Virus record (IMG/VR): IMGVR_UViG_2617270954_000001
From: a virus
Lineage: Duplodnaviria > Heunggongvirae > Uroviricota > Caudoviricetes
Reading direction: 5' to 3' (one strand)
Length of the DNA: 39,980 nt
In this document: piece by piece, positions 20,217 through 30,118 of the stretch
Layout of the letters: every line of letters begins with the position of its first letter
Numbering within the stretch: the stretch's first letter is position 1
The notes under the pieces: generated by a model
Told to the model about the DNA's origin: nothing
Databases searched by the model: none
The model's input: only the letters and a program-made list of their open reading frames with translations
Translations under genes and position numbers: made by a program

Positions 20217-21629
20217 TTACCAACCGGAGGATGAGGGAACGTATATTTCTGTTTCTTCGCGGACCAATGCCGGGCAATGCATACACATCATCAGCGCATC
20301 AGCCAGGTTAGGAGATGGGATACCGAGCTTCTGCTTCATTTCGACCTTAGTCATAAGCTCCAGCTTCCCGTTGTTATTGAATTTGCGCTGAATCTGCGTA
20401 AGTTCTGCAAACAGCTTCTCCAGCATCTTCTCGCCTATCGCTTCTTTGTCGAAACTCAGCATGTCGTCGGGGTCTGCATACTCACCGTAGACAACCGCCC
20501 GATATGTCAGATACAGCCTGTCAGCCAGCGCGTAATAGAATTGCGCTCTCTTATTGCGGAACACATCACCAATAGTGCGAACGTTGTCGCCCTGTACGAC
20601 TTCATCAGCCCATGCTCCGGCCTGATACGGTGCATCTTCATCGAATGGCGATTCGCTGCCCTTGAACATCGTGGCGGTGATTTTCTTGCCGGAGAACGCT
20701 TCCGTTGTCTGTCTGCGTAGCCCAGCACCAACACCATCACCATCCCACAGGTAATGGTCAGCGCCGTCTTCAATCGCCAGCGAAGTAGCCCAGTCAGCAC
20801 CCTCGTTGATGTCCATCAGCAGACCTTCGGCAATGCGCTTAACCACCGAACCGTGACGCGATGCGTAACCTTTAGCATCTGGCCCTGTATCTGACGGGTC
20901 ATGTGCAGAAACAACCGCGCCTTTCGCTTTCCATCCGAGTTTCTTGTGCGCATCGGTTGCGGCTTCAAGCCATTCACGTTTGATGATTGCCATATCACTT
21001 GCGCTTACTGGCTCACCAAGCCAGATGTGACGATACAGTGTCGGATTTCTGCGTTTGCACTCTTCCATCTCCAGACGGAGAACTTCAGGAAAGTGCGGAT
21101 TGTCGGTGTAGTTCACCGTCAGCAGGCAAATATCATCTGGAGGATTTACGACGAATCGCTGATAGGTATCGTCGAGTATGTTTTTCGGGTTAAAGCTCAC
21201 CCATATTTCGGAAAACGGCTTGCGGATGGTTGGTATCAGGATATCCCATGATTCCTTCGTTACCGCTTCCGCTTCTTCCACCCAGCAGATATCAATGCCT
21301 TCGAGCGATTTAATCTTCGTCGGGTTGTTTTTTATGCCGTAGAACATGAATTCAGCATTCGTTCCGAGATGACGAATCATTGAACGCTGAATTTCAAACT
21401 CAGCCGAATACCCTTCCCGCTCTATGGTGTCTTCAAGCAACCGGATTACCGAATCGCTGATACTGTTTTGCAGTTCACGAGCACAGAGGATGCGCACCGG
21501 CTGCCGACGCGCCGCTTCAACAAGCAGCCTTGCGATTGCCCATGACTTACCGCTACCTCGACCGCCTTTGGCGACTTTGTAGCGATGCGCCTCAATGAAC
21601 GGTTCAAAGATAGGATTAATCGAGGTCAT
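20217..21629 (-). CDS. Terminase large subunit
   Basis: 470 aa; Walker A-like KGGRGSGKS near N-terminus; nuclease-like C-terminal half. Confidence 0.9.
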   Translation of the reverse strand: MTSINPIFEPFIEAHRYKVAKGGRGSGKSWAIARLLVEAARRQPVRILCARELQNSISDSVIRLLEDTIEREGYSAEFEIQRSMIRHLGTNAEFMFYGIKNNPTKIKSLEGIDICWVEEAEAVTKESWDILIPTIRKPFSEIWVSFNPKNILDDTYQRFVVNPPDDICLLTVNYTDNPHFPEVLRLEMEECKRRNPTLYRHIWLGEPVSASDMAIIKREWLEAATDAHKKLGWKAKGAVVSAHDPSDTGPDAKGYASRHGSVVKRIAEGLLMDINEGADWATSLAIEDGADHYLWDGDGVGAGLRRQTTEAFSGKKITATMFKGSESPFDEDAPYQAGAWADEVVQGDNVRTIGDVFRNKRAQFYYALADRLYLTYRAVVYGEYADPDDMLSFDKEAIGEKMLEKLFAELTQIQRKFNNNGKLELMTKVEMKQKLGIPSPNLADALMMCMHCPALVREETEIYVPSSSGW

Positions 21630-22066
21630 TTTCCGAATAGAGTGCTCATCGGTGATGTTTCAATCTGGATTGCGCCGCCGTCTTTGCCTGTTAGCTCGTG
21701 ATCAACCTTGTCGCGCCATTTATCCTTCTGTCGATTCTTAAGCCAGAAGATGGCAGCTGTTGTATCAGGCGGGTAATACTTCTCAAGCGGAGTTTCGACA
21801 ATTCTGTTTTCAATAACACGAATATCGATGTCTGGAGCCACGAAGCCCATAGCGCGTTGATAAAGACGATCACTAACTTCTGCATCAGCGACGGCCTTAC
21901 CCTTTTTTATGGACTCCGAAAACTTAGGATAATCAAGCTTCCACTTGTTAATAGTTGACTCACTGACTTCAAAGAAATCAGCAAGTTCTGCATCGGTGTA
22001 GCCCAGCAAGCACAGTTTGCGTGCCTGTTCGGCATACGCCTCTTGATACTTTGTTGGGCGCGCCAT
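21626..22066 (-). CDS. Terminase small subunit
   Basis: 146 aa; HTH-like N-terminus (LGYTDAELADFFEVSESTINKWK); start overlaps upstream gene stop. Confidence 0.8.
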   Translation of the reverse strand: MARPTKYQEAYAEQARKLCLLGYTDAELADFFEVSESTINKWKLDYPKFSESIKKGKAVADAEVSDRLYQRAMGFVAPDIDIRVIENRIVETPLEKYYPPDTTAAIFWLKNRQKDKWRDKVDHELTGKDGGAIQIETSPMSTLFGK

Positions 22067-22068
22067 GT

Positions 22069-22311
22069 TTATGCTCCTGTAGTGAACAGGTCTAACGCTT
22101 CCTTCGATTTACGCACCGCTTCGATAGTGCGGGTCGTGATATCTGAATTAGCGCCACCTGACTGGAAGTGAATTTTGAATAGCTCAAGCTTCAGCTCGTC
22201 AGTGCCAATGAATTGAAATGCTTCTTCTGCGGCTGCGTTCTGGTTCATGACCAGTTTGTAAATCTCTAACTGGAATTTCTGTTCTTCAGTCATGGGAATA
22301 ATCTCTGCCAT
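22069..22311 (-). CDS. Hypothetical small protein upstream of terminase
   Basis: 80-aa ORF tightly packed against the small terminase. Confidence 0.4.
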   Translation of the reverse strand: MAEIIPMTEEQKFQLEIYKLVMNQNAAAEEAFQFIGTDELKLELFKIHFQSGGANSDITTRTIEAVRKSKEALDLFTTGA

Positions 22312-22458
22312 TATTGGCTCCGTTTATCCGTTAAAAGGGATATCAGTTAAGTTATCCCGTGTAGGGTATAAGCCATTATCAAAGCCACTCTGTAGGGAAT
22401 GGCTTTTGTGATGGCAATAAAAAAGGCCGCCTGAGCGACCTTTCATTTTTCATCCGTT

Positions 22459-22677
22459 TTAATCATCTGGGTAATTAAGCGGCATCCAGTGTGTAACCTT
22501 GCTTGCTCCTGAATCGATGAATTCCTTGGTTCTCTGCCAGTAAGAGCCCATACATGATAGTTTGAACACGTCACCAGTATCAGTAAGAGCTATAACCTCT
22601 TTAGACCACATCCCTTCTTTGCTTTCTGGTAGCCGGTGTTCAACATTGATCCATTGGTTTCCGTTATCATCCATCAC
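22459..22677 (-). CDS. DUF551-like small protein
   Basis: 72 aa; C-terminal THWMPLNYPDD resembles the W-x-P-L-P tail of DUF551 proteins. Confidence 0.5.
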   Translation of the reverse strand: MMDDNGNQWINVEHRLPESKEGMWSKEVIALTDTGDVFKLSCMGSYWQRTKEFIDSGASKVTHWMPLNYPDD

Positions 22678-23113
22678 AACCTCGTCTAGTTGTTCGTCAT
22701 AGATTCAGTGGCTGGCGGTGACGATTCCGCTTTTCGGGAGCTACCCTAGCCACTGTTTTATTCTATCCGATGTCTTTCCATCAGTCCGCCACCACAAAGA
22801 ATCTTTTTTGCCATAAGGCAGGAGGTTCATCTTTCAGTGGCTGCCAGTGTTATTTCCCCACTTACTGGCTTGGGTTGTTTCGCTGTACTGCCGTAACTGG
22901 TTGCCCAGAATAAATTCCGGTTTCATTATCAAGCCCACCCGTAGATAGGCTTTGTAATGAACTGGCTCTTATCTCAACGCAGCCCCTTACCGCGCGCCAG
23001 ATGCTCAACTTCAAGCATCAGCAATGAGATGTTTAATCTGGATTCACTCCAGAAGTGATCACCACCCTGTCTACAGAGCCAGATGTGAAGGATGATAAGT
23101 AAAATTATCGCTA

Positions 23114-23581
23114 TCATCGAAGGCATTGCGTCCTGATGTATTCCTGAAGCGTTCTCAGTGCTGTCTGGTCTCTGATGATTCCGTCCCGGATACCGAGAAC
23201 GTTTCGTCCAGCAACTGGAGAGAGTTCGACGGTGGCATCATTGCCCATGCCGGAGGCGCTGGAGGTTTCGGCTGAGGATGGCACAGGGCATTTTCCTTTG
23301 ACGAGCACCCTGCCACCATTATCAAGCTTGCGCCGAAGAGCATCATTTTCAGCTTTCGCATCAGCTAACTCCTTCGTGTATTTAGCATCGAGTACATCAG
23401 CAGCACGCTGGCGTTGCTGCATGTCAGTAATGGTGGCGGTCGCCTGCTTCAGCTCACTGACTTTTTTATCTCGCTGCTCTTTGTAGGCGATGGCGTTATC
23501 ACGGTAATGATTAACAGCCCATAACAGGCAGACGATGATGCAGATAACCAGAGCGGAGATAATCGCGGTGACTCTGCTCAT
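23114..23581 (-). CDS. Rz: Inner-membrane spanin Rz
   Basis: 155 aa; N-terminal TM helix plus coiled-coil periplasmic domain; immediately downstream of the endolysin. Confidence 0.85.
   Translation of the reverse strand: MSRVTAIISALVICIIVCLLWAVNHYRDNAIAYKEQRDKKVSELKQATATITDMQQRQRAADVLDAKYTKELADAKAENDALRRKLDNGGRVLVKGKCPVPSSAETSSASGMGNDATVELSPVAGRNVLGIRDGIIRDQTALRTLQEYIRTQCLR
23155..23361 (-). CDS. Rz1: Outer-membrane lipoprotein spanin Rz1, embedded in Rz in a different frame
   Basis: Lipobox VAGC followed by a Pro-rich segment ([16 protein letters not shown]), lambda Rz1-like. Confidence 0.8.
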   Translation of the reverse strand: MRKLKMMLFGASLIMVAGCSSKENALCHPQPKPPAPPAWAMMPPSNSLQLLDETFSVSGTESSETRQH

Positions 23582-24054
23582 ACCTCAATCTCTCTGACCG
23601 TTCCGCCAGCCTCTTTGAATTTTGCAATCAGGCTGTCAGCCTTATGCTCGAACTGACCATAACCAGCGCCCGGCAGTGAAGCCCAGATATTGCTGCAACG
23701 GTCGATAGCCTGACGGATATCACCGCGATCAATCATCGGTAAAGCGCCACGCTCTTTAATCTGCTGCAATGCCACAGCGTCCTGGCTTTTGGGAGAGAAA
23801 TCTTTCAGGCCAAGCTGCTTACGATAGGCATCCCACCAACGGGAAAGAAGCTGGTAACGTCCGGCGGCTGTTGATTTGAGTTTGGGGTTTAGCGTGACAA
23901 GTTTGCGAGGGTGATCAGAGTAATCAGTGAATAGCTCTCCGCCTACAATGACGTCATAACCATGATTTCTGGTTTTCTGTCGTCCGTTATCAGTCCCCTC
24001 TGACCACGCCAGCATATCGAGGAACGCCTTACGTTGATTATTGATTTCCACCAT
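23578..24054 (-). CDS. R: Endolysin, lambda R-type lytic transglycosylase
   Basis: 158 aa; sequence essentially matches lambda R as I recall it. Confidence 0.95.
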   Translation of the reverse strand: MVEINNQRKAFLDMLAWSEGTDNGRQKTRNHGYDVIVGGELFTDYSDHPRKLVTLNPKLKSTAAGRYQLLSRWWDAYRKQLGLKDFSPKSQDAVALQQIKERGALPMIDRGDIRQAIDRCSNIWASLPGAGYGQFEHKADSLIAKFKEAGGTVREIEV

Positions 24055-24361
24055 CTTCTACTCCGGCTTTTTTAGCAGCGACGCGTTTGATAAGCGAACC
24101 AATCGAGTCAGTGCCGATGTAGCCGATGAACACGCTCGTTATATAAGCGAGATTGCTACTTAGTCCGGCGAAGTCGAGAAGGTCACGAATGAACCAGGCG
24201 ATAATGGCGCACATCGTTGCGTCGATTACTGTTTTTGTAAACGCACCGCCATTATATCTGCCGCGAAGGTACGCCATTGCAAACGCAAGGATTGCCCCGA
24301 TGCCTTGTTCCTTTGCCGCGAGAATGGCGGCTAACAGGTCATGTTTTTCTGGCATCTTCAT
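24038..24361 (-). CDS. S: Holin, lambda S-type with MKM dual start
   Basis: 107 aa [41 protein letters not shown]..., near-identical to lambda S107/S105. Confidence 0.95.
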   Translation of the reverse strand: MKMPEKHDLLAAILAAKEQGIGAILAFAMAYLRGRYNGGAFTKTVIDATMCAIIAWFIRDLLDFAGLSSNLAYITSVFIGYIGTDSIGSLIKRVAAKKAGVEDGGNQ

Positions 24362-24603
24362 GTCTTACCCCCAATAAGGGGATTTGCTCTATTTAATTAG
24401 GAATAAGGTCGATTACTGATAGAACAAATCCAGGCTACTGTGTTTAGTAATCAGATTTGTTCGTGACCGATATGCACGAGCAAAACGGCATGAGGTTGTT
24501 AGCGCAGCCTCTTGCCACCCGCTTTCACGAAGGTCATGTTTAGAAGGCCGCAGCGTAACTATCACTGATGAATTCAGGATAGCCAGTGGCTACGGCTCAG
24601 TTA

Positions 24604-24679
24604 TGGTGCTGGTTAACGGACTTGAACCGCTACCCATTCGCTTACAAGGCGACTGCTCTACCATTGGAGCTAAACCAGC
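24604..24679 (-). tRNA. tRNA-Thr (anticodon UGU)
   Basis: Hand-folded 76-nt cloverleaf: 7-bp acceptor stem GCTGGTT/AACCAGC, D-arm GCTC-CAATGGTA-GAGC, anticodon loop CTTGTAA, T-arm AGCGG-TTCAAGT-CCGTT, discriminator A, CCA. Confidence 0.65.
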
Positions 24680-24684
24680 ATGTT

Positions 24685-24759
24685 TGGCGGGACAGCGTGG
24701 ACTCGAACCACGATAAGAAGGTTAACAGCCTTCCGTAATGACCTTTATACGACTGACCC
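24685..24759 (-). tRNA. tRNA-Asn (anticodon GUU), somewhat degenerate
   Basis: Hand-folded 75-nt cloverleaf: anticodon stem GAAGG/CCTTC, loop CTGTTAA, T-arm CGTGG-TTCGAGT-CCACG, CCA; one T-T mismatch in the acceptor stem and a weak D-stem. Confidence 0.55.
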
Positions 24760-24761
24760 AA

Positions 24762-24821
24762 ATAAAAAAGCCACCGTTGCAACTTAAGAGTCACTAACGG
24801 CAGCTTACCTGCTAATTATGG
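24762..24821 (-). promoter_or_regulatory. Late promoter / qut / tR' region downstream of Q
   Basis: Minus-strand hairpin GCUGCCGUU...AACGGUGGC (two G-U pairs) followed by UUUUUUAUUU just after Q, in the position of lambda PR'-tR'. Confidence 0.5.
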
Positions 24822-25340
24822 CTAAATGGCTAATTGCATGTCAAGGCTTTTAACAGCAACATGCTTAACTTTCTCAACACGTTTACGCATTTTGAAAGCA
24901 TTTTGCATTGGCTGGTACAAAACAAATAACGACGCTTTCAGGATGTCGTCAATTTCGTTTCTACAGGTTGCCAGTGAAGGTTTTCTCCATCCCTCGCCAC
25001 CACGTCCACACATCTTGCGTGGCTTTGCAGTCGCGTGATAGTAGGATGCAATTGCTCGCTTAGATGAACCATGAGCGTAGTAGCTGAGGAGGATGCCAAA
25101 GGCTTTCTTGTCAATGTACATGACGGAATCGACGACCTGAGAAATCAACATTCCATCATCATCATTACACATTGGCCTTGTCATAATTCTTCCCGGCTCT
25201 ACGCTCTCCATGAACTTCGCTATTACGCTGCTCATGCGCTTTTCCAGACGACCTGAATAAACCCATGCGCCCCACAGTTCAAGCCAGCCATTCAGCCACT
25301 CATGCTGTTCTTTGGTGAGGTTTAGTTCTCTTATGCCCAT
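24822..25340 (-). CDS. Late-gene antiterminator Q-like (P22 gene 23 position)
   Basis: 172 aa; Cys-containing motifs; immediately upstream of the late terminator and lysis genes. Confidence 0.65.
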   Translation of the reverse strand: MGIRELNLTKEQHEWLNGWLELWGAWVYSGRLEKRMSSVIAKFMESVEPGRIMTRPMCNDDDGMLISQVVDSVMYIDKKAFGILLSYYAHGSSKRAIASYYHATAKPRKMCGRGGEGWRKPSLATCRNEIDDILKASLFVLYQPMQNAFKMRKRVEKVKHVAVKSLDMQLAI

Positions 25341-26002
25341 GCGCCTTCTCCCTGTACCTGAATCAATGTGAGGTTTCCGCAGAACACTGCTCCGGTATCG
25401 ATATACATTTGGTTGGCAAATTTAAGTGGTTTCACTGCTGGCGTATGACCAAAGATGAACGTGTCCGCGCCTTTGATTTCTTTCACGATCCCGTCTTGTG
25501 AGTTGCTGATTCGTTCGCGGTTCCAGATTACCTGCTGATGATCAACTGGCTTTCCAAACTCGTATTCGTCACAAGGATAATCGGCGTGGCAGATGACATA
25601 TTTTTTACCTTCGCTCACCAGTTCGATGATTAACGGAAGTTCATCTGCTTTATGAGCAAGAGCTTTAGCCAGAATTTCTTTGTCGTAATCGAGATTAAAG
25701 AACCAGCCACCGCCATTAAGCATCCAGTGATTGACGTTTCCGCGCTCTGATAAGCCATCAATCATCATTTGCTCATGGTTTCCACGTACAGCTCGGAACC
25801 AGGGGAATGTGATTAATTCCAGACATTCGACGTTCTCTGTACCGCGATCGACCAAATCGCCAACCGAGATAAGCAGGTCTTTTTTGGTGTCGAATCCTAT
25901 CGTCTCCAGTTTTTTCATCAGGTTCGTGTAGCATCCGTGCAGATCGCCAACTACCCAAATATTTCGGTATTTGCTGCCATCAATTTTTTCGTAATAGCGC
26001 AT
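25331..26002 (-). CDS. Ser/Thr protein phosphatase, lambda-PPase type (track ORF extends to 26077)
   Basis: Metallophosphatase motifs GDLHG, GDLVDRG, GNHE; near-identical to lambda orf221 from [23 protein letters not shown]. Confidence 0.95.
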   Translation of the reverse strand: MRYYEKIDGSKYRNIWVVGDLHGCYTNLMKKLETIGFDTKKDLLISVGDLVDRGTENVECLELITFPWFRAVRGNHEQMMIDGLSERGNVNHWMLNGGGWFFNLDYDKEILAKALAHKADELPLIIELVSEGKKYVICHADYPCDEYEFGKPVDHQQVIWNRERISNSQDGIVKEIKGADTFIFGHTPAVKPLKFANQMYIDTGAVFCGNLTLIQVQGEGAWA

Positions 26003-26186
26003 CTCTTTCACTCCATCCGCGATGAACCATGAGAACGTCGTTGACGATGGCGTGCATTTTCCCGTCTTTATCATCAACGTATTTTCTGACCGTACCGCGA
26101 CTACATTTCAGTCTGCGTGCTACTTCTGTCTGGTTTCCGTATGCTTCAACGAGCATGTCTGGAATGGTTTTTACTGAGAACGTCAT
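25980..26186 (-). CDS. ninH: NinH
   Basis: 68 aa [37 protein letters not shown]..., matches lambda NinH as recalled. Confidence 0.9.
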   Translation of the reverse strand: MTFSVKTIPDMLVEAYGNQTEVARRLKCSRGTVRKYVDDKDGKMHAIVNDVLMVHRGWSERDALLRKN

Positions 26187-26794
26187 GCGGCCTCACTTCT
26201 GCTATTTCGCAGGTCTTTGAGTTTCTGCTGATACTCCGCCTTGATGGCCCTGCACTCTTCGACAGTCCAGCGATGGCGGTTATGGTTTGATTCGATTTCG
26301 TCTACTGCTTCCTGCCCGATGCGATTAATCAGTTCGACGCGATACGGAACGAGATTTCCGCTTTTGTGCTGGTTGCACACCACGCATTGCTTGTGAATAT
26401 TGCGTTCATCAAATCGGAGTTGAGGTGCCGCAGCAGTTGTCCGGTAATGTCCGGCATCCCACTGAGCAGACGTGAGCGTTCCGCACGAGATACATGGTAA
26501 GTCGCGGTCTCTTTCTCTGATGAAGGCGTTTACGGCTTGTTGGGCTTGTTTAATCCAGTAACTGCGGGGCTTTAAGGCGAGTTTTCGAATCTTAAGTTTA
26601 TCTTTCTGTTTCTGCTCCTCTCGTCGTCGTTTCTTCTCTGCTGCTTTTTCCGCTTTTTCGCGTTCTTTGCTTCGTCGTTCGAGTGCTATCTTGGTTCCAC
26701 ACTCTGGAGAGCACCACCACTGATTAGCGAATGCAGGGTGAAACCATTCCCGACATTCATCGTTTTTACATCGTCTTCGCGCTGGTTTAGCCAT
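26183..26794 (-). CDS. ninG: NinG / Rap recombination-associated endonuclease
   Basis: 203 aa; Cys-rich N- and C-terminal clusters, basic Lys/Arg/Glu-rich linker; lambda NinG-like. Confidence 0.9.
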   Translation of the reverse strand: MAKPARRRCKNDECREWFHPAFANQWWCSPECGTKIALERRSKEREKAEKAAEKKRRREEQKQKDKLKIRKLALKPRSYWIKQAQQAVNAFIRERDRDLPCISCGTLTSAQWDAGHYRTTAAAPQLRFDERNIHKQCVVCNQHKSGNLVPYRVELINRIGQEAVDEIESNHNRHRWTVEECRAIKAEYQQKLKDLRNSRSEAA

Positions 26795-26963
26795 CGTCTT
26801 CTTCCTCGTACATTGAGCTATTCGGATCGCTCATCAGTTCTGCGCAGCAGTGCTCACACACGTGAACTTCCAGCACATGCAGCTTCTGGCCGCAGTTAGC
26901 GCACGTTAAAGCCCGCTCGACGCTTTCTTTCTGGTATTGAAGGGATTGGGATGGGCTAAGCAT
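26787..26963 (-). CDS. ninF: NinF (58 aa, absent from ORF track)
   Basis: Hand-translated [58 protein letters not shown]; stop overlaps ninG start. Confidence 0.8.
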   Translation of the reverse strand: MLSPSQSLQYQKESVERALTCANCGQKLHVLEVHVCEHCCAELMSDPNSSMYEEEDDG

Positions 26964-27381
26964 TATTGGCGTCCTGCATCATGAGAAAGACAATCATGGC
27001 GGCGCGGAGTGGAGATTCACCGCAGAAGTAGTAGCCAGGAATATTTTCCCATTCCCAACAACCTTCCTCTAAATCACCTCCTGACCATGCGCACCATTCT
27101 TTTTCCGCTGTCATCCACATAGTGCTGATTTTGCTTTCAGTGATTATTGGCCACGCATATTCAGGATTATTGCAAGGATTGAAGCAATTTCCGTTTGAAG
27201 AACGGAAGCCATTAATATCCCTTTTTTGCGTCTGCCAAATAGGACCTCTTTCGTCAGTGGGGATCTCAGAATCGAAGTCTGCTTCGTCATCAGGTATGAA
27301 GAAATGCTCCTCCATATCTAAAGCCTCACATACTCGTCTGTTAATTTCAAAATCACTTAACTGTGAATAATCCATTGTCAT
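26956..27381 (-). CDS. Nin-region protein, NinX-like (track ORF extends to 27417)
   Basis: About 141 aa from [17 protein letters not shown]...; Trp/Cys-rich C-terminus; start overlaps ninE stop. Confidence 0.45.
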   Translation of the reverse strand: MTMDYSQLSDFEINRRVCEALDMEEHFFIPDDEADFDSEIPTDERGPIWQTQKRDINGFRSSNGNCFNPCNNPEYAWPIITESKISTMWMTAEKEWCAWSGGDLEEGCWEWENIPGYYFCGESPLRAAMIVFLMMQDANNA

Positions 27382-27554
27382 TTCCTCGCACGATGTCTTA
27401 GCCACCGGATATCCCACAGGTGAGCCGTGTAGTTGAAGGTTTTTACGTCAGATTCTTTTGGGATTGGCTTGCGTTTATTTCTGGAGCGTTTCGTTGGAAG
27501 GTATTTGCAGTTTTCGCAGATGATGTCGGTGAAACTTCGTCGCTGTCGTCTCAT
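27378..27554 (-). CDS. ninE: NinE (track ORF extends to 27599)
   Basis: [58 protein letters not shown], lambda NinE-like; start overlaps ninB stop (ATGA). Confidence 0.8.
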   Translation of the reverse strand: MRRQRRSFTDIICENCKYLPTKRSRNKRKPIPKESDVKTFNYTAHLWDIRWLRHRARK

Positions 27555-27961
27555 TCGTACCTCCTGTCGGTAAATCTGACACCCTGACCAATAGCCCATG
27601 CTGTCGTGTACTCAATCAGACTTGCCATACGCTTCACGCTCATCTGCGCGCTGCTTTCGCGAATGTTGACGTATTCGCCTTCAAGGCCGGGCAAAACATC
27701 AGCTTCCTGTTTTGTTGCCACTGCATGACCGCTAATCAACAAAACCTTCCATTGTTCCGGTTTTAACCATTTGCCGCACCATTGAACCTGACGAGCGATA
27801 TCCGCCAGCATCGCGTGAAATTTTGCGTTCTGGTCAAGGTTGCGCTTGTAGTCAGTAATGCGGATGGTGACTGGCTTGTCTTTATCGAGTGGTGTTGCGA
27901 GGATGGCGTTGATTGCGGCTTGCTGTTGTTGCTTACTTCGGAGGAAGATTGTTTGCTTCAC
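27551..27961 (-). CDS. ninB: NinB / Orf recombination mediator
   Basis: 136 aa; architecture and position as lambda NinB (…[31 protein letters not shown]…). Confidence 0.75.
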   Translation of the reverse strand: MKQTIFLRSKQQQQAAINAILATPLDKDKPVTIRITDYKRNLDQNAKFHAMLADIARQVQWCGKWLKPEQWKVLLISGHAVATKQEADVLPGLEGEYVNIRESSAQMSVKRMASLIEYTTAWAIGQGVRFTDRRYE

Positions 27962-27972
27962 TGAACACTCCT

Positions 27973-28164
27973 TTATTTTTTATGCCTGTAACCCCATTCT
28001 TCCAGCAACCTTGCGGCGTACCACCCAAGAAACAAAGGAAAGAACATTACAATGAGATATGCCACGCCACGGTCAATGTTCGAAATTGACCAGATTACGA
28101 TGTAACCAGTGCAGGACAGGAATATTACAAACCCCAAAAAGCTACTTCGTCGACTCATGCTCAC
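27973..28164 (-). CDS. Small membrane protein, two predicted TM helices
   Basis: 63 aa with two hydrophobic stretches and basic termini. Confidence 0.4.
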   Translation of the reverse strand: MSMSRRSSFLGFVIFLSCTGYIVIWSISNIDRGVAYLIVMFFPLFLGWYAARLLEEWGYRHKK

Positions 28165-28445
28165 TCCTTCACTTTGATTCCAGCGGCGCGGATGGATTCA
28201 TCGATATCGTCACGGTCGTACACAGCAATAGCATCACTGACAAACCATACAGGCAACTCAATTTCAATAGCTGCTCGCGATGCCTGCCACGTTTGCCAGT
28301 GGCCTTGAACATCGTCCATCACGTATTGACCACCAATATCACCACTGCCAATTTCATGGTGATTTTCAGGGTAACGGATAAGGTCTGATGATTCGCCTCC
28401 ACGTCGCAACCAACTTTCTTCAAACTGCTTTCTTGATTCGTCCAT
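28161..28445 (-). CDS. Hypothetical acidic protein
   Basis: 94-aa ORF; start overlaps downstream gene stop; no recognisable motif. Confidence 0.4.
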   Translation of the reverse strand: MDESRKQFEESWLRRGGESSDLIRYPENHHEIGSGDIGGQYVMDDVQGHWQTWQASRAAIEIELPVWFVSDAIAVYDRDDIDESIRAAGIKVKE

Positions 28446-28462
28446 CGATACTTACCCTCAGT

Positions 28463-28669
28463 TCAACTCACAAAACGCCACGCCATTTTTGCTACGACAA
28501 CAGGCATAACACCGATAATCACCCAGACAAATGCAGCGCCAAACAACGTATACCATGGGTCTTTACCGTCATTCACAAGACGAATGTAGCTATGCAGAAC
28601 AATAAAAAACGTCAGAAGAATCCATCCAACGCCAACGCATTTGAATGCGACGAGCATAAACTCAGCCAC
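28463..28669 (-). CDS. Small membrane protein, two predicted TM helices
   Basis: 68 aa with two hydrophobic stretches. Confidence 0.4.
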   Translation of the reverse strand: MAEFMLVAFKCVGVGWILLTFFIVLHSYIRLVNDGKDPWYTLFGAAFVWVIIGVMPVVVAKMAWRFVS

Positions 28670-28741
28670 GATTTACTCTCCCCCAAATAAAAAGGCCTGC
28701 GATTACCAGCAGGCCTGTTATTAGCTCAGTGATGTAGATGG

Positions 28742-30118
28742 TCATACGTCAGCCCCTTGTGCATATCGTCTGCCACGCGCAGCAGGTGCATTTGATGCTG
28801 TGCAAATCTGTCTGGCTTCATCCTGGTCACATGCAACAAAGTGTCCGTTACAGAACCGCTGGTAAACCGTACCAAGCGAGCCAAAACGGTTTTTCGTCAC
28901 AATGATTTCAGCAAATGGCGCGGCGCTACTGTTCTCGTCATATACCGCTTCCCGATAGAGCATGATGATTGAGTCTGCGTCCTGTTCAATGCTTCCTGAA
29001 TCACGCAAATCTGCGTTTGTCGGGCGTTTGTTTGGTCGCTTCTCAACATCGCGCGAAAGCTGACTTAGGGAGATAACAGGCGTTTTCAGGTCTTTCGCCA
29101 TCGCCTTAAGGCTTCCGGAGATGTGAGCAATTGCGAGGTCGTTGCGATCTGCTTTCGGCTTCTCAATCAGGCCAAGATAATCCGCCATGATGAGTGACAG
29201 GTTTGGATTTTCCTGTTTGTGCCGTTCTGCGATTGAGCGTATTTCTTCGACCGATAACCGCGAGGCATCGACTACCCATACATCCAAATCTGCAAGCTGA
29301 CTCATGCCGTTAGCAACACGCGCCCAGCCTTCGTCATCCATCGATGCAGGATTTCGCAGCACGCTAACCGACATCCTCCCGGCGTTGGCAATGCTTCGCT
29401 CTGCAATCTGCAATGCGCTCATTTCCATTGAGAAAATCAACACTCCGCGCCGGACGTCAGAACCAGGAATAACGCGGCTTGCAACGCCTTCGGCAATCTT
29501 CAGCGCCAGTTCGGTTTTCCCCATACCAGGACGAGCAGCGATTATCACCAGGTCTTCTGCGTTCATCCCTCCGGTGATGGCGTCAAGTTCTTCGATTCCG
29601 GTCTTCAGGGTATCTGACTCTTCTCCGTTCCTCAGACGCCTGTCAAGCGTGTCAGTGTAGTCAGTGATGATTTCCCCTAACCGTACAGGTTTAACCTCGT
29701 CACGGGGCTTTCTGATAGCTGAAAGACGCTTCACAAGCTCATCCATCGCCTGACTCGATGCGTCGATGGTTCCGCTCTGAATTGGTTCACGCATTTCATC
29801 CATGATTTCCAGCACCAGACGGCGGTGATAGTTATCCGCGACCATTCCGGCATATCCCTTCAGGTTTGCGGCACTCGGGCAGTTTTTGCTGGTCATCAGG
29901 ATTGACGTGAAATGCTCCTCTCCGCACGCCTCGGCAACCATCAGCGCGTCGATTAGGTTTCTGTTTCGCGCCTGCTTGCGGATAACCTCGAAGGCTTTCC
30001 GGTAGAGCGGAATTGAAAACGCTTCCGGCTCCAGCGTTGCCAGAACGTCGCTGGCGGTTGGTGTTAATCCACCAATCAGCAGGCCACCGATAACGCTCGC
30101 TTCGATATCCTGTTTCAT
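28742..30118 (-). CDS. Replicative DNA helicase, DnaB family (P22 gene 12-like)
   Basis: 458 aa; Walker A ARPGMGKT; DnaB-type N-terminal domain; start overlaps initiator gene stop. Confidence 0.9.
   Translation of the reverse strand: MKQDIEASVIGGLLIGGLTPTASDVLATLEPEAFSIPLYRKAFEVIRKQARNRNLIDALMVAEACGEEHFTSILMTSKNCPSAANLKGYAGMVADNYHRRLVLEIMDEMREPIQSGTIDASSQAMDELVKRLSAIRKPRDEVKPVRLGEIITDYTDTLDRRLRNGEESDTLKTGIEELDAITGGMNAEDLVIIAARPGMGKTELALKIAEGVASRVIPGSDVRRGVLIFSMEMSALQIAERSIANAGRMSVSVLRNPASMDDEGWARVANGMSQLADLDVWVVDASRLSVEEIRSIAERHKQENPNLSLIMADYLGLIEKPKADRNDLAIAHISGSLKAMAKDLKTPVISLSQLSRDVEKRPNKRPTNADLRDSGSIEQDADSIIMLYREAVYDENSSAAPFAEIIVTKNRFGSLGTVYQRFCNGHFVACDQDEARQICTASNAPAARGRRYAQGADV

Noticed and set aside
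20277-21251. Plus-strand ORFs (147, 116 and 68 aa) antisense to the large terminase
   Set aside because: Nested antisense ORFs within a conserved terminase gene, no independent support
23175-23486. 103-aa plus-strand ORF inside Rz
   Set aside because: Antisense to Rz/Rz1; Ser/Ala/Arg-rich artefact
25773-26077. N-terminal extension of the phosphatase ORF and the 61-aa ORF at 25773-25958
   Set aside because: The lambda-type phosphatase begins at the internal MRYYEKIDG; the 61-aa ORF is nested and out of frame
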